Assembly (NCBI GenBank): GCA_964016885.1
Contig: OZ024742.1
Coordinates: 225,370,001-225,434,000, forward strand
Direction: 5' to 3'
Length of the DNA stretch: 64,000 nucleotides
Source: Eledone cirrhosa
Taxonomy: Eukaryota
The notes under the pieces were generated by a model that was not told where the DNA came from, ran no database searches, and worked only from the letters and a program-made list of their open reading frames with translations. This document shows positions 46,646 through 64,000 of the stretch, one piece after another. Position numbers and translations under genes: made by a program. Position 1 is the first letter of the stretch. Every line of letters starts with the position of its first letter.

Positions 46646-48498
46646 GTTGGTCACACTATAACCACACGTATTGTTAACCAGGTAATACTAGGTGTCATAC
46701 CAAAAGATTGGTGCAGTAGCATCATTGTCAACTGCTACAAAGGTAAAGGTGATGCACTCGATAGAGGAAACTATAGAGGTATAAAGCTGATGGACCAGTT
46801 CATGAAGTAACAGAAAGAGTTATAGCACAGTTGATTAGGGACCGGGTGAAACTAGATGAGATGCAATTTGGGTTTGTACCAGGAAGAGGCACCACTGATG
46901 CCCTCTTCCTTGTGAGGCAGTTACAGGAAAAGTACCTAGCTAAAAGTAAGCCACTCTACTTGGCATTTGTCGACCTTGAGAAAGCCTTTGACAGAGTTCC
47001 ACGTGCTGTAATCTGGTGGGCTCTTAGAAAACTAGGAGTAGATGAATGGCTTGTGAAAGCGGTACAAGCCATGTATAGGGGAGCAGTCAGCAAAGTTAGG
47101 ATTAGCAATGAGTATAGCAAGGAATTTAGCGTACAGGTTGGAGTCCACCAGGGCTGTTCTTAGCCCTCTCCTGTTCATCATAGTCCTGCAGGCAATAACG
47201 GAGGAGTTTAAGACTGGATGCCCATGGGAACTCCTGTATGCAGATGACCTCGCACTTATAGCTGAATCTATGGTAGAACTAGAGAATAAATTCCAAACTT
47301 GGAAGCAGGGACTAGAAAGAAAGGGTCTCAAAGTCAACATGACAAAGACTAAGGTCCTTGTAAGTAGACGAGAAAACAGAACCCAGATCCCATCGGGAAA
47401 ATGGCCTTGCTCAGTATGTAGGAAAGGTGTAGGTAGGAACTCCATTCTCTGCCCCAAATGCAAACAATGGGTACACAAGAGATGTAGCGGGATCTCAGGA
47501 AGCTTAATTAAGAATGTAGTCTTCACATGCAGCAGCTGTACTGGGGCAGCAAACAGCCACAGGAAACAAGTACCACCAATCTCTGGGAGGGCTTTGTAGA
47601 GACAGTAGACAGCTTCTGCTACCTAGGTGACCGAATTAGCAGCGGAGGTGGGTGTTCAGAAAGTACAATAACTAGGGTAAGAACGGGATGGAAGAAGTTC
47701 AGGGAACTACTACCACTGCTAGCTGCAAAAGGCTTCTCCCTCAAAATGAAAGGCAGACTGTATGATGCGTGTATCCGAACAGCGATGTTACATGGTAGTG
47801 AGACCTGGGCACTGAAGGTGGAAGACTTACGTAGATTAGAGAGAAACGAAGCCTGCATGCTCCGATGGATGTGTAATAGTAATATACGCGAACGACAAAG
47901 CATAAATGAATTGAGAGAGAGACTGAGCATAAGAGGAATCAAATGCTGTGTGCAGGAGAGGCGGATGCGTTGGTATGGACATGTGATGCGTATGAAGGAT
48001 GACAGCTGCATAAAAAGGTGCAGAGCACTAGAAGTCAATGGAAACCGCGGAGTGGGGAGACCCAAGATGACCTGGGATGAGGTGATAAAAGCCGACCTTA
48101 CCCAATTACACCTCTCAGAGGCGATGACACACGGCCGTGACCTCTGGTGTCGCGCAGTAATACAGAGTACCCAACCTCCCATGGGTACAAGCTGAAGCAT
48201 ATAGACAATAGGCCCCCACACCCTTCCACTGCAAGGTGGTCATGGAGGTGCCATGGCAAAAAAGCACCCAGCCCACACTGTAAAGTGGACGTGTAGGCGC
48301 CATGGAAAAAAGCACCCAGCACTCACTGTAAATGAGGTTGATGTTAGGAAGGGCATCCAGCTGTAGAAATCAAGCCAAAATCAGTTCCTGTATGAGCAAG
48401 GCATGGTCAGCCGACCAGACACTGCCCACAACAGGACAACCCGTCTAACCCATGCTAGCGTGGAAGAACGGACGTAAAACGGTGATGATGATGATGAT
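46646..48498 (+). mobile_element. RTE subfamily B, 5'-truncated and frameshifted
   Basis: ORF pieces 46831..48195 with RT motifs and the PHD-like finger; 3' UTR; (GAT)n tail. Confidence 0.94.
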
Positions 48499-48822
48499 AT
48501 ATCAATAATATTAATAAATGGAAAATGTCTTTATAAAACCATATGTATTTTATTATACATATTTCAAGGGTTCCAGTATTTTGGTACGCTATCATCAGAT
48601 AAAATACTCTATTTGGTTTACAGGTAATGACATATCGACATATGAACTTAATGTTATGAGTTCAATGTAGATGAACTCATAACATTAAGTTCATATGTCG
48701 ATATGTCATTATTGTATTTTATCTGACGATAGCGTACCGAAATACTGGAACTCTTGAAATATGTATAATAAAATAAATATGGTTTTATAAAGATATTTTC
48801 CATTTATTAATATAATTGATAT
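48499..48822. repeat. About 324-bp palindrome with a hammerhead-like motif in each arm
   Basis: Inner arms 48625-48664/48672-48711 are perfect; outer arms 48499-48607/48714-48822 are near-perfect. Confidence 0.9.
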
Positions 48823-49250
48823 TATACTCCCGAAATCTGTTGAGTGCTTCTAATCTGTTATAAATTAACTTTGTTGAATAATCGACAAATTAAATAACTC
48901 ATTGTTTATATATATATATATAGGGTGTCCAAAAAAATATATACACCCTTTGATTACTTGTACAGCAATATTTATTAGAGTGCTGTTGAAGTATGTATAC
49001 ATTTTGGGGGGAAACTATGTGTGTATATATATATATGTGTGTGTGTGTTATGTGTGTATGTGTGTGTGTATATATATGTATATATGTGTATGTAATAATT
49101 ATATTTATATATAATAATATAAATAAGATAAGGGTAATATGATATGTTACCCGATTACCAGTAAGACAAGTAGCTCAATGTAAAATATCAAGTATAATAC
49201 AGAGCAGAAATACAATATAAATAACTATCAAATTGTGTTTAAAACATTTA

Positions 49251-49300
49251 ATAGCTTACGATCCTTTCATCCAGATATAGGTCTGGAATCATCAGAGCAT
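49251..49300 (-). ncRNA. Type I hammerhead motif
   Basis: Minus strand: GCT-CTGATGA-T-TCCAGA(cctata)TCTGGA-T-GAAA-GGATCG-TA-AGC. Confidence 0.75.
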
Positions 49301-49439
49301 ATAAAGGTTAAAACAAATATGTTCCTAATCACTAGAGCATTTAGTAGGATACATTATAAGTGAGAAGACTAATTATAAGTGTTAACACCAATATTGGTAT
49401 CTGCTCTACAGCAGCCACAACTTCAATTTGTTATAAATA

Positions 49440-49606
49440 CCGTATTTCCCGGCGCTAAAGATGCTTCGTCCTTGAGGACGCACCTAATTTTGACAACGAA
49501 AAATTTGAAAAAAAATAATAAACAACCCTCGGCCTCCAGTACACATTATAGATTTTTGAGACTTATTTTAGGAAAAAGGTAGCGTCTTCGATGCCGGGAA
49601 GTATGG
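49440..49606. mobile_element. Tc1/mariner-superfamily (Tc2-like CCGTA end) MITE
   Basis: TA|CCGTATTTCCCGGCG ... TGCCGGGAAGTATGG|TA. Confidence 0.75.
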
Positions 49607-49813
49607 TAATTAAGTATTGCATATGATTGAACAATATATATTATAGTCAGCATATGTAGACAATTATAATGCACACAGAAACATATGTTAAAGCAAATAA
49701 ATTCCTAATTCCTTTCTTGACAATGTTTATATTTTTCTTGGTGCAATACTTGCTTAAACATTTTTTCCTATTCCGCCCCGCCCGTCCTTTCAATCTTTCT
49801 AATTTCTCATTCT

Positions 49814-49850
49814 TTCTTCTGATGAAGGACTAGCATCCGAAACGTTAAAA
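49814..49850 (+). ncRNA. Minimal hammerhead motif
   Basis: TTCTT-CTGATGA-A-GGA(ctagca)TCC-GAAA-CG-TT-AAAA; weak helix I. Confidence 0.6.
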
Positions 49851-50286
49851 CCCTCTTCCTGTTATTTCAATTGTTAACCTAATATATTCCTTCCATATAC
49901 TGTACTGATTGTGTAGTTATTTCTGTTTACCTTTTACATATAAAAATATGTGTGTATACATCTCAATCTATGTATGTATATATTATGTATGTATCTCCAT
50001 CTATGTATCTGACTTTATAGCTATATATTCTTTCAAAAATGATCTGACACTTGTATATAACACAGTGAAATGAAGGCTGGAAATCGTGCTTGGAAATGCA
50101 TGGGCACTCCTGCATATATACAAAACACACACACGTCACACCCACAAGGCTGATCCCACCACCACCACCATAAAAGTAATGGACTATGTGATAAAGTTTT
50201 TATAGTTCACTGAAATGTAAAAAAACGGGATAGAGTGGGTGTGTGTGTGTGTGAAAAGTGATAGACATAGTGTTATAGTGAAAGGA

Positions 50287-51805
50287 AGAGTCCCACACAC
50301 TTTAATCTGGTGGGCTCTTAGAAAACTAGGAGTGGAAGAATGGCTTGTGAGTGCTATACAAGCCATGAATAGAGGAACCGTCAGCAAAGTTAGAATTAAC
50401 GAAGAATATAGTGATGAATTTAGCATAATGGTAGGGGTACACCAGGTCTCCGTTCTTAACCCCCTCCTGTTTATTATTGTCCCACAGACTATAGCAGAGG
50501 GGTTTAAGACTGGCTGTTCATGGGAACTTCTATATGCAGATGATCTAACTTTCATAGCTGAATCTATGGCTGAACTAGAGAGGAAGTTTCAAACATGGAA
50601 GCATGGCCTAGAATCAAAAGGCCTTAGCGTCAACTTGTCTAAGACTAAGGTTCTAGTAGGCAGAAAGGAGAATAGGGCACAGGTACCCTCTGGGAAATGG
50701 CCATGCTCAGTGTGTAAGAAAGGAGTAGGCAGAAACTCCATTCTATGTCCCAAATGCAAAATATGGGTACATAAAAGATGTAGTGGGATCAGAGGTAAGC
50801 TATCTAAGAATGTAGATTTTATATGTGGCCGATGCTCAGGTGCAGTAAGTAGCAAGGACCCACTGGATGATATCTCCTTCATGCCCAGATGGTTCTATAG
50901 AAATAGTAGATACCTTCCGTTACCTGGGTGACAAAATCAGCAGTGGAGGAGGGTGCTCTGAAAGTGTAGTAGCCAGAGTTAGAAGGGGTTGGAAAAAGTT
51001 CAGAGAGCTAATACTGCTGTTAGCCACAAGGGGTTTCTCTTTAAAAATGAAAGGCAGATTGTATGATGCACGTATACGAATGGCGATATTACATGGTAGT
51101 GAGACTTGGGCATTGTGTGGTGAAGACCTGCATAGATTAGAAAGAAATGAAGCTTGCATGCTCCGATGGATTTGTAATAGTAACGTGCGCGAAAGACGAA
51201 GCATAAACGAACTAAGAGGGAGACTAAGCATAAGAGGTATCAAATGTTGTGTTCTGGAGAGAAGATTGCGTTGGTATAGACATATGGTGCATATGAAGGA
51301 TGACGGCTGTATAAAAAAAGTGCAGGGCAATGAATATTGATGGAAGCTGCGGAGTGGGTTGACCAAGAAAAACTTGGGACGAGGTGGTAAAAACTGACCT
51401 TGCCCATCTACACCTCTCTAAGACAATGACACTGGATTGAGACCTTTGGTGCCATGCAGTTGTACAGAAGACCCCACTACCATTGCATACAAACCTACAG
51501 TCAGTAGGCACCTCTTAACTCAATGTACACCTCACTGCCACACCCTACCCCACCCTCCCTCTCCCGTACCGTTCCAACCACTGTGTCGATGACACAACAG
51601 TGCACACTGTAAGGTGGCTGTATAGGAGACATGGTGAAAAGTCTCCCAGTCCACACTGTAAATGTGGTTGGTGTTAGGAAGGGCATCCAGCTGTATAAAA
51701 AACCTGCCGGAGACGCTTCCATGCGAGTGAGACACGGTCTCCCAACCATTCCCGCATCAAATGGAACAAAACCGTCTAACCCATGTTAGCATTGAAGATG
51801 GAGGT
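50287..51805 (+). mobile_element. RTE (C-related), 5'-truncated and degraded
   Basis: ORF pieces 50239..51340. Confidence 0.92.
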
Positions 51806-52004
51806 ATTACATGCCCATGGGGGGGGGGGGGGACAGTGGCCCAAAAAGTTTGAGAACTTCTGATGTACAATTTCAGTGACAGGCAGAACATGTGAATGTT
51901 TGATTGGAGTATCAATCCGGGTGCCTCTTTTCTTGCTTCTCTTAGTAATGTTAAGTGTACTTCTTCTTTATGTCCTCAATCTGCTTCTAATAATTGTTTC
52001 TACG

Positions 52005-52560
52005 TTAGGCACAAGGCCAGAAATTATCCAGTGTATTACTGGTACTTTATTTTATCGACCCCGTAAGGATGAAAGGCAAAGTTAACCTCGGCGGGATTTG
52101 AACTCAGAATGGCAAGGGCCGTAACTCTATGCGCCAAAGCATGGCATCCGACACTCTACCAATACTGCCAATCCAAATGGTCTCTGATTTAGGCACATGG
52201 CCAATAATTTTAGGGGAGGGGAAAGTTAATTAAATCGATCTCGGTGCATTACTGGTGCTTTATTTTATCGACCCCACAAGGATGAAAGACAAAGCTAACC
52301 TTGGCGGGATTTGAACTCAGAAAGTAAAGGGATGTAACTCTATGCTGCGAAGCATGGTGTCCAATGCTGAAACAATACTGTCAATCCACCACCTGATAAT
52401 GTTTTCTTATTTAGGCACAAGGCCAGCAATTTTGAGGAGAGGGGAAAGTTGATTAAATCAACCCAGTTCTTGACTGGTAATTCCCTTTCATCTTTCTGGG
52501 GTCAATAAAATAAAGTTGACCTTGGCAGGATTTGAAATCAGAATGTAAAGAGCCAGAATG
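52005..52560 (-). mobile_element. Three head-to-tail Nin/Deu-like SINE copies
   Basis: Repeated AGGCACAAGGCC...GGATGAAAGGCAAAG...GGATTTGAACTCAG. Confidence 0.8.
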
Positions 52561-52659
52561 GATAGTAGCAATGCTTAAAGACTCTTAAAGAGTCTTTAGT
52601 CCTTTCACAAACAATGACTATGGTTTATCAGTTCATAGAGGATCCTATGTGGGAGATGT

Positions 52660-52965
52660 GAATTAGAATTATGCACTACATGCCCAAACCATCTCTATTG
52701 ATGCTTGTATACTGTGGTGTTGGTTCAAAGGAGAATTTCTAGGTGTGCAAACCCTATCTTGCCAGGTGACTGAAAGGATCTTTTGGAGTCTGTATATTAA
52801 AGGCCTCAAGAGCCTTAATATGTCAGTTGTATGTGGTCAGTGTCTCATACCCATACAGCTGAGTGGAAACCCAGACTGCCTAGTAAAGAACCTTGATAAG
52901 AAGCTTGAGATGGTTATTTAAAAAGACCCTAACTTTTAGCCTTCCAAAATTTACAGATGTCTAAA
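52660..52965 (-). mobile_element. Old BovB-like RTE fragment
   Basis: Minus-strand degraded translation NFGRLKVRVF...AVWVSTQLYGYET...HIKALEAF...KILSVTWQDRV...RWFGHV. Confidence 0.65.
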
Positions 52966-53164
52966 GCAGATCAGAATCTCTTCATCCAGTGTTCATCTCC
53001 TTCACAACAAAGATTGTGGTACTGGGAAATACACACTTCTACACCACTATTAAGCTTCATTGTACAGCTATCTTTTCCTAATGTGGATCATGAATCTGGT
53101 AGCCTACACATACTCACACACACATACCCCTTTAACTCCTGGTGGAGTCATAGGGACACTGTCC

Positions 53165-54548
53165 TCAGCATTTAAACCTGGCAGAGCCCACCCCTGTTTA
53201 GGTCTGATACAGTTGGTTTCTTCCAGAGAGAAGGTGAAAGAGTCAGAGAATGGAAGTAAGAAAGAGATATAGAGAAAAAAAATCAACCTCAGTACTTAAC
53301 TGGTACTTTTTTCATTGACTTCAAAAGGATGAAAGGCAAAGTTGATTTCAATGGAATTTGAACGGGGGAGTGCAGAGAGCTAGAATGAATATTGCAAAGC
53401 ATTCTATCAAACATTCTAATAACTCTGCCAATTTGCTGTCTAAACGTAGATACAGACAATTATACACACATAAACACCTATACACACACACACGAACACC
53501 TGTATACACACACAAATACCTATATACACACACTCACACACAGGAAAGGCTTTCTCCAAAACATGTTTAATAGAAAGGTGTGTACAAACAACCAATGATC
53601 TTATATACTTTTATATATACTCAGATTATATACATAGATAATATATATAACTGGGAAGATAGGAAAAACATGATGTTAAGATAAACATACATAGAATTTA
53701 AACAAAAGCAAAACAATGGTTGAAATAGAGAAGACATTTGTGTATGTGTATGTGTGTAAATTATTATTATATGTATATATGTATATATATATTCACACAC
53801 ACATACACGCGCATATATACAATTATACTTTGGCTTATGTCCTTTTGAGTTTCATCATTTTCAAAGTTACTGGTGTTTTTATTAATAGATGCCAAAAATA
53901 AACCTTGTGCTATGTCAATCGACTCAACATGGGTCCACCTAAAATATTAAACCATAAAAAAATCTAAAGGAAGCAATAAAATCATGTAAAATCACATTAG
54001 GGAGTTTAGTTCGACATTCGTCATTTTTCAACTTAACTCTTGACTTCTAGAACCAATTTACAGCTTAGAGTGAAGTATGATATGGTTCTGTAACTCCTGA
54101 TAGTCGTAGGGGCACCATATTGACATACTGCGTTTCTTGAGCATTTTAAGCCTGGTGGAGCTCATCACTTTCATGGTCTCAACACAGCACATTTCTTCCA
54201 GAGAAAGATAGAAAGTGAGAGAGAGGAAATGAGAAAGAGATATAGAGGAAGAATCGACCTTCAGTACTAGACTGGTACTTTTTTTATTGACCTTGAAAGG
54301 ATTAAAGGCAATTTGATAGAATGCTTTGCAATATTCATTCTAGCTCTCTGCACTCCCCCGTTCAAATCCCATTGAAATCAACTTTGCCTTTCATCCTTTT
54401 GAAGTCAATAAAAAAAGTACCAGTTAAGTACTGAGGTTGATTTTTTTTCTCTATATCTCAGCGGAATTTGAACTCAGAGATCAGAGAACCGGAACAAATC
54501 CCATAGAGTATTCTATCGGACGTCTAACAACTCTGTCAATTTACCGCC
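53165..54548. repeat. Two diverged SINE-containing direct repeats (about 53165-53437 and 54140-54548); the second is interrupted by an inverted copy of the first
   Basis: 54312-54459 is the reverse complement of 53264-53411. Confidence 0.8.
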
Positions 54549-55172
54549 TTAGAGTGTGGTATGCCTGTATGTATATATATTGACTACAGGCATGCTGTGC
54601 TGCAGAAGACCTGCCTACCAGTATAAAATGAGACCTGACTCATCCTCCCCTCTACTAGTACTCCTTATTAGATATCCTCATTATCACACCTCAGTAGCTA
54701 TTCCATCCCTGTACTCTCCCACCTCCACTCCATCCATGCTCCCTCCGCTATCAGTCCTAGCTATTCTCAACATCACGAAACCCACCCAAATCCCGACACA
54801 CCATTGAGCACTACCCCCTATGCTAGTGACTACCTCATCCACACCCCCACCATTATCACTTCTTAGCTATTCTCATCATAACTATTACATCCACTCTCTA
54901 AAATTCCTGACACTTCTGTAACTACTCATTCTACAATCAGATGTTACCCTTTTCATCCTACTCTTCACCCTGCATTCCTTATACCATATGTAAGCGAGAT
55001 GTAGGCCTCCAGTCAACCTGAGAAGTAAGTAGTCTCACATGAGTACTCACTTGGTCTGTGAAGACCCCCTCCAACCTTTCAGTCACGAATGACCATGGGA
55101 TTTGCACCTAGAAGGTTCCCCTCCTAGGCTCAAGTTTGGGCAAGGCTGTTTGCGGAAGACCGGAGTTGCCCA

Positions 55173-57417
<2,245 letters not shown>

Positions 57418-60166
57418 TCATCATCATCATCATCAACGTTTAACGTCCGTGTTCCACGCTTGCATGGGTTTGGACGGGGGTAGTCCCACTTGAGGCAAGA
57501 GTGATTGTCTTGCTCGCATAGGACTGTCTGGCAGGTTTTCTACAGTTGGATGCCCTTCCTAACACCAACCACATTTACAGTGTGGGTCTGGGAGGTTTTT
57601 ACCGTGTTGCCTACACGGCCACATTACAGCGTGGACTGTGTGTTTTTTTGTCGTGACACCTACACGATCTCATTTGTTTCGGCCTCGATGGCGCGGCACC
57701 AACATAACTTTACATAGAACGGGGTGGTGTGGATCGGGTGGGGGTGGTGGTGGTGGGACGGGGTGTATTTTGTTAGAGATGCCTACTGGCTGGAGTAGGT
57801 TTTACTATATATTTAGGTAAAGCGGGTCTTCTCTGTTACTGAGTACCGCCAAAGGTCTCGGTCCAGTGACATTGTCTTGGAGAGGTGTAAGTGTGTGATG
57901 TCGGAGTTTATCAGCTCGTCCCAGGTTTTTCTAGGTCTGCCTATTCCGTGACTACCGTCTATCTTTATTGCCCTGCACTTTGTTATACAGCTATCGACTT
58001 TCATGCGCATCACGTGTCCATACCAACGTAGCCTTCTCTCGAGTAAACAACATCTGATCCCTCTTATCTCTAATTTTTTCCTTAGTTCGTTTATGCTTTG
58101 CCGTTCACGTATATTACTGTTACACATCCAGCGGAGCATGCAAGCTTCGTTCCTCTCTAGTCTGCGTATATCCTCTGCACACAATGCCCAGGTCTCACTG
58201 CCATGCAGCATTGCTGTTCGTATGCAGGCATCGTACAACCTGCCTTTCATTTTTAGTGAGAACCCTTTAGCAGCTAATAGTGGTATAAGCTCTCTGAACT
58301 TTTTCCAACCAGTTCTGACTCTAGCTACAGTACTTTCAGAGCACCCTCCCCCACTGCTGATTTTATCGCCCAGGTAACGGAAGCTGTCCACTATTTCTAT
58401 AGAACCCTCTGCGCAATTGAAAGAGCTAGTATTTTGTGGGCACTTGCTGCTACTTATTGCACCAGAGCACCGGCCACATGTAAAATCTATGTTCTTAGTT
58501 AGCTTACCTGTGATCCCACTACATCTTTTATGCACCCATACTTTGCATTTAGGACATAAAATGGAGTTTCTACCTACGCCTTTCCTACACACCGAGCACG
58601 ACCATTTCCCAGAAGGGACCGCCGCCTTGTTTTCTTTCCTACAAACTAGTACTTTGGTCTTAGCCAGGTTAATTTTAAGTCCTTTTGACTCTAGGCCGTG
58701 CTTCCATGTTTGGAATTTCTTCTCTAGCTCGGCCATTGATTCCGCTATGAGTGTCAGGTCGTCTGCGTATAGGAGTTCCCATGGGCAGCCTGTCTTGAAC
58801 TCCTCTGTTATAGCCTGAAGGGCAATAATAAATAGTAGTGGACTGAGAACAGAGCCCTGATGGACGCCAACTTTTACGCTAAACTCTTCACTATATTCGT
58901 TGTTAATTCTAACCTTGCTGACTGTTTCTTTATACATGGCTTGTATAGCCCTCACAAGCCATTCGTCAACGCCTAGTTTTCTAAGAGCCCACCAGATAAT
59001 GGAGCGGGGGACTCTGTCGAAGGCTTTCTCCAAGTCGACAAAAGCTAAGTAGAGGGGTTTACCTTTAGCTAGGTACTTCTCCTGTAGTTGTCGTACTATG
59101 AAAAGAGCGTCTGTGGTACTTTTGCCTGACACAAACCCGAACTACATTTCATCTAGGTCAATTCTCTCTCTGATTAGTTGCGCTATTACTTTTTCCGTGA
59201 CCTTCATGACCTGGTCGATTAATTTAATGCCTCTATAGTTACTCCTATCTAGGGCGTCTCCTTTACCCTTATAACAGTTAACGATGATGCTGCTATGCCA
59301 GTCCTTCGGAACAACCCCATTCTGTACGACTTGGTTAACTATGCGGGTGACCATGGTGTGTCCCACCGTGCCAGATGCCTTCAGCATCTCAGCAACTATT
59401 TCCGAAGGCCCAGCCGCCTTACCAGTCTTCATATCCTTGATTGCCTTACTTATTATACTCCCCTCGACTAACACTGCTGGTCCCTCTATTGGGTCGATAT
59501 GGGGGAGACTGCCTTTCTCCCAATTATTCTCCTCATTTAGTAGCCTTTCATAGTGACACTTCCAAGCTACCTTCTTGCTACCTTCTTATCAGCGTCGGTG
59601 ATGGCAAGTGTGCCATCGTCGTTTAGTACACACTTCTCCCCGACAATATCACGGTTTTCCTTGACGCATTGCCTAGCAATCCTGAACACCTCACGTTTTT
59701 GGTCATCGCGTTGTAGAACATGCTTGAACTTTCTTTCCTCAGCTTCCCTTCTTGCTAAGTACACTTGTCTCCTAGCTTCTCTCCTGGCCACTTGATAGTC
59801 CTCTCTACTTCCCCCATCCCGCCATACTTTCCAAGCCTGCTTTTTGGCCTTAATTGACCCCTCCACCTTACTGTTCCACCACCATGTTACTCTCCTCCTG
59901 CCTACAGGCCTGCTCCAGCCACAGACTTCGTCTGTCGCCAACAGCAGGTTTGCTTTCAGAAATTCCCACTCTCCCTCTATATTGTCAGACTCTAAATGTT
60001 CTTCCTTACTGTCGAAAGCATCAAGTAATATGCTTTGAAATTTATTCCTGGCTGTGGGGTCCTTTAGCTTCCATATTTTCCTCCTGAGGATAGTCCTCTT
60101 CTGTTGTCGAGTACGTCTCGTCCTGACTATGAGGTCGCTAATTATCAGTCTATGTTGGGAGGTGCA
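57418..60166 (-). mobile_element. RTE subfamily C, longest copy (truncated at the APE C-terminus; small duplication frameshift near 59575; stop at 59142)
   Basis: ORFs 59567-60166, 59142..59474 and 57813..59132. Confidence 0.95.
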
Positions 60167-63850
<3,684 letters not shown>

Positions 63851-63851
<1 letters not shown>

Positions 63852-63947
63852 CATCATCATCAACGTTTAACATCCGTGTTCCACGCTTGCATGGGTTTGG
63901 ACGGGGGTTTTCCACTTGAGGCAAGAGTGATTGTCTTGCTCGCATAG
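63851..63947 (-). mobile_element. RTE subfamily C, extreme 3' end only
   Basis: Matches about 57420-57520. Confidence 0.88.
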
Positions 63948-64000
63948 AGCTAATAATATGTGGTCCAAGAGAACCAACAGAGACAAAAGAAGCTCCGGGA

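Overview
Eukaryotic, extremely repeat-rich and apparently gene-free window. The SINE types and huge (TA)n arrays suggest an octopod cephalopod genome (inference). Roughly a quarter is degenerate (TA)n microsatellite, which generates the spurious 'YIYI' ORFs. The rest is mostly transposon-derived. It includes over ten 5'-truncated RTE-clade LINE copies of at least three subfamilies, the longer ones with a PHD-type finger inside the RT, plus three lineages of Penelope-like (GIY-YIG) elements. It also holds tRNA-derived SINEs, a young non-autonomous Gypsy-type LTR element (tRNA-Trp PBS, 4-bp TSD) with unexplained cargo, Helitron-like pieces and MITEs. The most notable non-obvious signal is about ten minimal type I hammerhead-ribozyme motifs in non-coding islands, including a pair with compensatory base changes and a pair inside a 324-bp palindrome. 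Also notable are 3'-module sharing between RTE subfamilies and a SINE, and a twin-priming-type inversion in a Penelope-like element. No intact host gene was recognised. Boundaries of degenerate repeats are approximate.
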